Source: an uncultured virus (IMG/VR IMGVR_UViG_3300029448_000002)
Lineage: Duplodnaviria; Heunggongvirae; Uroviricota; Caudoviricetes
DNA length: 20,000 nucleotides
IMG/VR virus record: IMGVR_UViG_3300029448_000002
Direction: 5' to 3' (one strand)
Of this stretch, positions 15,708-20,000 are shown in pieces. The position numbers and the translations under genes are program-made. A model generated the notes under the pieces. That model saw only the letters and a program-made list of their open reading frames with translations, ran no database searches and was not told where the DNA came from. How positions within the stretch are numbered: position 1 is the first letter of the stretch; each line of letters starts with the position of its first letter.

Positions 15708-16002
15708 AGAAAACTGACAAATCGTGTCAGTTTGGACCGTTTTGACGCAAAAAAGTACAAAAAAGTACAAAAATGACGCAAAATGACACAAAAACGGGAG
15801 CCGTGTCGCAAATCCGGCATTTTAGGCTTGATTTTCGACAACCAGCATATAAAATGGCTCTCAGAGACAAAAAAGGAGGTTTTGACGGAAAATTGCTATA
15901 AAACTTGTATTTTGCGACACGGCTCCCGTTTTTGGTTGGAAATGCGACAAATGAACGTTTTCGTGCATTTTTTCCGCCACTGACACGATCTGTCAGTTTT
16001 CT
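15708..16002. repeat. Nested inverted repeats in the divergent spacer
   Basis: Outer 23-bp pair 15708-15730 / 15980-16002 (1 mismatch; each arm is itself CTGACA-N5-TGTCAG). Inner perfect 24-bp pair 15789-15812 / 15911-15934. About 10-bp phased A-tracts at 15745-15795. Confidence 0.9.
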
Positions 16003-16014
16003 TGGGCAACAGGC

Positions 16015-16043
16015 TTGCGGGCTGGTTGGTTTTCGATTACAAT
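16015..16043 (+). promoter_or_regulatory. Sigma70-type promoter for the CobS-like gene, leaderless or near-leaderless
   Basis: TTGCGG, 17-nt spacer, TACAAT, 8 nt, then ATG 16052. Confidence 0.6.
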
Positions 16044-16051
16044 TTACCCGT

Positions 16052-17260
16052 ATGAGTAACCTTAACAAATCACGACGCGAGTGGCTTGAAGCCCTTTCTG
16101 CAACTGGTTCCACCCGATTTGATGTCGCCGCCTGCGATGCGGTCGCCGCCGAAACGGGTCGGTCCTGCATTCCTTTGTGGTTCCGAGCCAATTCTTGCGA
16201 TTTTAAAGTTTCCCGTGGACAATGGGACATTTCTTCGTTTGTCAATGATTCCAAACCGCTTCCGGCTCCCCCATCGGTCATCGGCTTGAAAGGTGGTCTG
16301 AACACCGAACCCGCTCCGGCTCCTGCGGCTCCCGCTCCCGTGGCTCCCGTTATGCAAATGGCTGGTGCTGAGTCGCGGATCGTTCCCGACAAAATGCCCG
16401 AATACGTCAAATGGGGTCATCACTCGGACGTTGAGCGTATTCTCCGCTCCGGCGAGTTTTACCCCGTCTACGTCACTGGACTTTCCGGCAACGGAAAAAC
16501 CACGATGATTTTGCAAGCCGCCGCGAATGCGAAGCGGACTTGCTTCCGTGTCAACATCACGCGACAAACTGACGAATCCGACCTGATCGGCGGTTTCCGT
16601 CTGGTCAATGGCGATACCGTCTGGGTTGACGGTGCTGCCGTTCTCGCCGCCAAAGAAGGTGCGATTCTTCTCCTCGACGAAATCGACCTCGGCGGTCCTG
16701 CTCTGATGTGTCTCCAACCTTTGTTGGAAGGCAACGCGATCTACGTCAAGAAAACTGGCGAGTGGGTCACTCCCAAGGCTGGCTTCACCGTTGTCGCCAC
16801 CGCCAACACCAAGGGTAAGGGTGACGAGACTGGTTCGTTCGCTCACACGGGCATTATGAACGAAGCGATGCTTGACCGCTTCCCCGTGACGCTTGAGCAA
16901 CCATACGCCACTCCAGCCAAAGAGCAAGACATTCTTAGCAAAAAGGCTGCAAAATTTGGTCTTGATGCCAAAGAATGTGAAAAATATATTGAATCTTTGG
17001 TGACTTGGGCTTCCAACATTCGCAAGTCCTACGATGTTGGTGCTTCGACCGACATCATCACCACCCGCCGTCTGGAATCCATCCTCAAGGCATTCGCCAT
17101 CTTTGGCAAGGAAATGAAGGCTGTCGAGATGGGCATCTCCCGCTTCGACGAACAAACCAAAGCCGACTTCCTCAAGTTGTTTGAGAAAATCTCTGGCGAG
17201 TCGGCTACCACCGAAACCCAAGCACAGGAGACTTCTGATGTCAACTGCCCTTTTGAATGA
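16052..17260 (+). CDS. cobS: CobS-like / MoxR-type AAA+ ATPase of T4-like phages
   Basis: Walker A GLSGNGKT, DESDLIGG, Walker B LLLDEID, ATANTKGKG, NEAMLDRF (Arg finger), ITTRRL. Start moved to ATG 16052. Confidence 0.9.
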   Translation: MSNLNKSRREWLEALSATGSTRFDVAACDAVAAETGRSCIPLWFRANSCDFKVSRGQWDISSFVNDSKPLPAPPSVIGLKGGLNTEPAPAPAAPAPVAPVMQMAGAESRIVPDKMPEYVKWGHHSDVERILRSGEFYPVYVTGLSGNGKTTMILQAAANAKRTCFRVNITRQTDESDLIGGFRLVNGDTVWVDGAAVLAAKEGAILLLDEIDLGGPALMCLQPLLEGNAIYVKKTGEWVTPKAGFTVVATANTKGKGDETGSFAHTGIMNEAMLDRFPVTLEQPYATPAKEQDILSKKAAKFGLDAKECEKYIESLVTWASNIRKSYDVGASTDIITTRRLESILKAFAIFGKEMKAVEMGISRFDEQTKADFLKLFEKISGESATTETQAQETSDVNCPFE

Positions 17261-17381
17261 AAAACTTGAAATTGTGCAAAACGAGCCTGAATTGCCCGAT
17301 TTCGATATCACGCTCATCTCTGTCCCGGAAGAGGATCCGGACTTCGATCTTCTCTCCGACCCAATGTTAGGTTCTATCTAA
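17238..17381 (+). CDS. 47-aa acidic hypothetical protein
   Basis: AGGAG RBS 7 nt before ATG 17238. MSTALLNEKLEIVQNEPELPDFDITLISVPEEDPDFDLLSDPMLGSI fills the gap to the next gene. Confidence 0.55.
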   Translation: MSTALLNEKLEIVQNEPELPDFDITLISVPEEDPDFDLLSDPMLGSI

Positions 17382-17391
17382 GGAGGCTTTT

Positions 17392-17649
17392 ATGCCACGA
17401 CCTCGAAAAGTTATCGTTCTTCCTGAGTCACAAATTCAAGACTCAATTTCCTCTGGTCGCACTACGGTGCAAATGCTTGCCGCTGCGGCTGGTTGCTCAG
17501 TCCCGACAATGCGTCGGTGGTTGGGTGAGAACTACGGCGACCGAATGACGTTCACCCGTGGACGTACTGGTGGCATCTCGTTGGCTAGTCCAGCGACCAC
17601 CACCGAAGCCAACACCACCGAAGTGGTAGCGGATTCAATCGCGTCTTAA
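17392..17649 (+). CDS. Small helix-turn-helix DNA-binding protein
   Basis: Strong AAGGAGG RBS. TVQMLAAAAGCSVPTMRRWL is an HTH, followed by a wing-like RGRTGGI. Confidence 0.75.
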   Translation: MPRPRKVIVLPESQIQDSISSGRTTVQMLAAAAGCSVPTMRRWLGENYGDRMTFTRGRTGGISLASPATTTEANTTEVVADSIAS

Positions 17650-17666
17650 TTGACGCTGCTCATACG

Positions 17667-17704
17667 CTGCCATCGGGGGAAACCCCGGTGTGCAGTTTTT
17701 GTTT
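17667..17704 (+). terminator. Rho-independent terminator ending the cobS-HTH operon
   Basis: CTGC-CATCGGGG-GAAA-CCCCGGTG-TGCAG followed by TTTTTGTTT. Confidence 0.8.
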
Positions 17705-17899
17705 GCAAAAACACGAAAAAAACAGTGTATAGCAAGTCGATGGGGGGGATGAGCCTCTGGCGGTAGCAGTCGGTTTGTCTTTCTTTAAAAAGGTAAAAAA
17801 TACAGTATTATGTTTTCACTTTTCAAAATTTCATTTTCAAAAATTTTCGCGGGTAAAAATTCTGGTCCAGACCTTTTTCAGATTTTGCTGGCTTACCTC

Positions 17900-17928
17900 T
17901 TGCTTCTTTGATCTTTTTGGAGTACAAT
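17900..17928 (+). promoter_or_regulatory. Sigma70-type promoter, leaderless, preceded by A/T-tract UP-like DNA
   Basis: TTGCTT, 17-nt spacer, TACAAT, 6 nt, then ATG 17935. Confidence 0.7.
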
Positions 17929-17934
17929 TCTTTT

Positions 17935-18321
17935 ATGACCAATTACACCTCTTACAATCTTTACAAAGCCTACGAAGACGAAAGATCCGGATGGCAGGTC
18001 GCCCGCATTCGTTTCCAAGAAGAGATGAAGGACGATGCCTCTCTGGGTTTCTTCCTTCGGACCTATATGGACAGATTCAATAATGAAGAAAAAACTTACA
18101 ACATTTTTGATGGTTGTCCCAACACTCGTGTTCGCTGTGCCGTTGGTGGCAAGGCGATGGAATCTGTCGCTCATCCAATGATGTCAGAGAATGCAATGGA
18201 TGGATACTACAACAAAGAAACCGCTGTGGCGATCTGGAAGGAACTTGTCTCTGCTGGCTTCTCCGATTGTTTCTCTACCGTCTGCAATCAAGTGGACGAA
18301 AAGTATAGAGTGGGGGCTTGA
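17935..18321 (+). CDS. Hypothetical early protein (128 aa)
   Basis: ATG directly after the promoter; C-terminal NKETAVAIWKELVSAGF motif. Confidence 0.7.
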   Translation: MTNYTSYNLYKAYEDERSGWQVARIRFQEEMKDDASLGFFLRTYMDRFNNEEKTYNIFDGCPNTRVRCAVGGKAMESVAHPMMSENAMDGYYNKETAVAIWKELVSAGFSDCFSTVCNQVDEKYRVGA

Positions 18322-18737
18322 TCGTGGAACGAGACGCGCTTGAAAGAAAAAAGAATTCAATGAAAATGTGGATCTGCAATCACTATGCAGAATCCAGCAA
18401 ATACTCTTCACCCGATTCAAAGTTTTATTATCTCTTTCCCGCTGATTCCTACATCACAAGTGAAAATCCACAACGCGGAAGAGTCGGTGTCTTTCTTCAC
18501 ACTGGAGACAAGGTGATGGTTGGCTATGCTTCGTTCTTTGATCACGGCGGTCTTGACGCATTCCCCGACGAAGACGATTGGAGAGAACATTCAAAGTTTG
18601 AGGGTGTTGAAATTTGGAAATTGATGATCCGTGCTGGATCTCACTACCACTTCAATCCTGAAACCAGTCCTTTCTGTGCCGACAAACCGAATCGCAGACG
18701 CAACGCACAAACATCCCAATATGCACTGGAGGCATAA
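18318..18737 (+). CDS. Hypothetical protein, possible paralog of the preceding gene
   Basis: Start overlaps the upstream stop (alternative ATG at 18360). SKFEGVEIWKLMIRAG motif. Confidence 0.65.
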   Translation: MIVERDALERKKNSMKMWICNHYAESSKYSSPDSKFYYLFPADSYITSENPQRGRVGVFLHTGDKVMVGYASFFDHGGLDAFPDEDDWREHSKFEGVEIWKLMIRAGSHYHFNPETSPFCADKPNRRRNAQTSQYALEA

Positions 18738-19084
18738 TGATCTTTCATAAAGTTGTAAAGAACGAACCTTCTCTTTATCAAACTCTTTGGTCTTGTGAAA
18801 ATGAAACTTGGTTTTTTCTTGTTTCCGCTTCGGTCCAAGAAGAATACGATGTGAACGAGACAATGTGCTTTCGTGCTGATCCAATGGGTGGCTTCAAGGG
18901 TTCCGAAGACTACGGAGCCATCTACCCTGCAACACGCGATCACAAGGTTCACGAGCAAATGGCGGCTGATGCCTTTGATGAATTAGCCAAAGCCAAGATG
19001 GGCGTGGACGGTGGAGTCCAAGCGATGCGTGAAGGGCGTGCTGCTCTCGGTCTGACTGCTCAACACTTTGTGGAAGGAATGTAA
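18737..19084 (+). CDS. Hypothetical protein (115 aa)
   Basis: GGAGG RBS and TAATG coupling. Confidence 0.7.
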   Translation: MIFHKVVKNEPSLYQTLWSCENETWFFLVSASVQEEYDVNETMCFRADPMGGFKGSEDYGAIYPATRDHKVHEQMAADAFDELAKAKMGVDGGVQAMREGRAALGLTAQHFVEGM

Positions 19085-19091
19085 AGTTTTT

Positions 19092-19655
19092 ATGGAAACA
19101 GTGATACGAGGACAAAAAAAAGATAGGCACGAACGTCAGCACTTTACTGCGAACAACGACTGCTTCTTCACCATTCACGAATCTTTAGATATTCGTCGTG
19201 AAGAGCGTTGCCCTACTTCTTTTCCTTGGTATTGTTTTATATTTCATAAAACTGTCGTGGAGCGTGTTCCACCAACAAAGCGTCCCGACTTGAATCCGAA
19301 GATGACTCCCGGTATGTTTCGTAAAGTTACTCATCCAGTGATGTTCTGGTTGCCGGGAGCCGGAAGAAAAACTGAGGATTGTGGATACTTCTACAGTGGC
19401 AGAATGTGGGCGGAAAATGCAATCTTTCAAAAAATGTCAAAAAGTGAATTGATCAATCAATGGCACAAAATTGCAAAAGATCCACGCTGCGAACTGGAAC
19501 TTTCTTGGAGCGATGACCGAGCAAAAAAAGGTTATCTTCTTTGCCACGTTTCCAAGATTTCTCCTGTCCTTGCGTGTGAAAATATGCTACCATCTAGTTG
19601 GTTGGCGAGAGCCGACTGGAAACCCTCAAAGAACAAAAAAACCGTAGGAGCGTAA
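19092..19655 (+). CDS. Hypothetical protein (187 aa)
   Basis: ATG 19092 after AAGGA; fits the operon tiling. Confidence 0.65.
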   Translation: METVIRGQKKDRHERQHFTANNDCFFTIHESLDIRREERCPTSFPWYCFIFHKTVVERVPPTKRPDLNPKMTPGMFRKVTHPVMFWLPGAGRKTEDCGYFYSGRMWAENAIFQKMSKSELINQWHKIAKDPRCELELSWSDDRAKKGYLLCHVSKISPVLACENMLPSSWLARADWKPSKNKKTVGA

Positions 19656-19658
19656 ACG

Positions 19659-20000
19659 GTGCAAGTAAAGACAAACAAACTGGTCCGTGATAAAGTCTGC
19701 GAAGTAATGGCTGATCGTGGAATTGCAAAATCTTCAAAGTTTCGTTATGCAAAAGGCAAAGAATATCAAACTTACCTTTTTGCGAAACTGATGGAAGAAT
19801 GTGCCGAAGTGATCGGTGCAAACACCAAAGAACAAACCACAGAAGAACTCGCGGATCTTCTGGAGGTCGTTGACGCGATTCGTGAAGAGTTTGAAATTTC
19901 TGTGATGGATGTCAAAGAAACGAAGATTCAAAAGAAATGTGAAAAAGGTGGTTTCTACGAGGGCTGCATTTTGGAAGGGATTAACTATGAGCGTGAAGGT
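19659..20000 (+). CDS. MazG-like nucleoside triphosphate pyrophosphohydrolase (KLVRD type), 3' truncated; absent from the ORF track
   Basis: GGAG RBS and GTG start. Translation contains NKLVRDKV...KLMEECAEV...EELADLLEVV...KKCEKGGF, with the ExxE...ExxD metal-binding motif. Confidence 0.85.
   Translation, partial: MQVKTNKLVRDKVCEVMADRGIAKSSKFRYAKGKEYQTYLFAKLMEECAEVIGANTKEQTTEELADLLEVVDAIREEFEISVMDVKETKIQKKCEKGGFYEGCILEGINYEREG

Noticed and set aside
15708..16002. Possible CRISPR array or IS/MITE ends
   Set aside because: The repeats are inverted, not direct with unique spacers. No transposase or target-site duplication is seen, and the outer repeats are placed symmetrically to both promoters.
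15727..16410. 227-aa minus-strand ORF, and the 15905 upstream extension of cobS
   Set aside because: Both run through the repeat-rich regulatory spacer. Promoter position supports ATG 16052.
13511..17260. Cobalamin-biosynthesis auxiliary metabolic genes (cobS/cobT)
   Set aside because: Only the generic AAA+/vWA architecture is supported. No cobN or other cob genes are present, so a metabolic role is not claimed.
16070..17317. 415-aa minus-strand ORF antisense to the CobS-like gene
   Set aside because: Shadow ORF produced by biased codon usage of the real gene; no motifs or RBS. The same applies to plus-strand ORFs over 13568-15709 and to 4611-5324.
17641..17656. Small hairpin GCGTC-TTAATT-GACGC over the HTH stop codon
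   Set aside because: The stem is only 5 bp and a stronger terminator follows immediately.
18305..19655. Two genes ending in VGA-stop
   Set aside because: Explained by the G-rich SD of the downstream coupled gene lying in the last codons, not by a protein motif.
1..20000. tRNA/rRNA genes, introns, or stop-codon reassignment
   Set aside because: No cloverleaf or rRNA-like segments were recognised, and genes tile tightly under the standard code with no interrupted domains.

Overview
Gene-dense fragment of a large tailed dsDNA phage with T4-like features: GH24 lysozyme domain, CobS-like AAA+ and vWA pair, PD-(D/E)xK exonuclease, FmdB zinc ribbon and TAAATA-like late promoters. The left two thirds (about 1.2-12.9 kb, mostly minus strand) look like a late, virion-associated block. 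Its proteins share short N-terminal leaders (MYFKPP..FYH twice, M[KR][IL][DN]xRL[DN]EE three times, and a stand-alone 22-aa MKSFKRFLSEE peptide). Several are strings of small domains joined by a recurring EDV[QE][LIF]DE linker, which fits the T4 prohead-protease L/I-x-E cleavage rule. I infer capsid-packaged, protease-processed polyproteins, one carrying a lysozyme. An oppositely oriented acidic protein ends in a PEP-CTERM sorting signal. The right third is an early-type block: a divergent vWA/HExxH and CobS-like pair separated by a 390-bp spacer with nested inverted repeats and phased A-tracts, sigma70-like promoters that appear to give leaderless mRNAs, an HTH protein, small paralog-like genes and a truncated MazG-like pyrophosphatase. 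All calls come from motif recognition; no searches were run.
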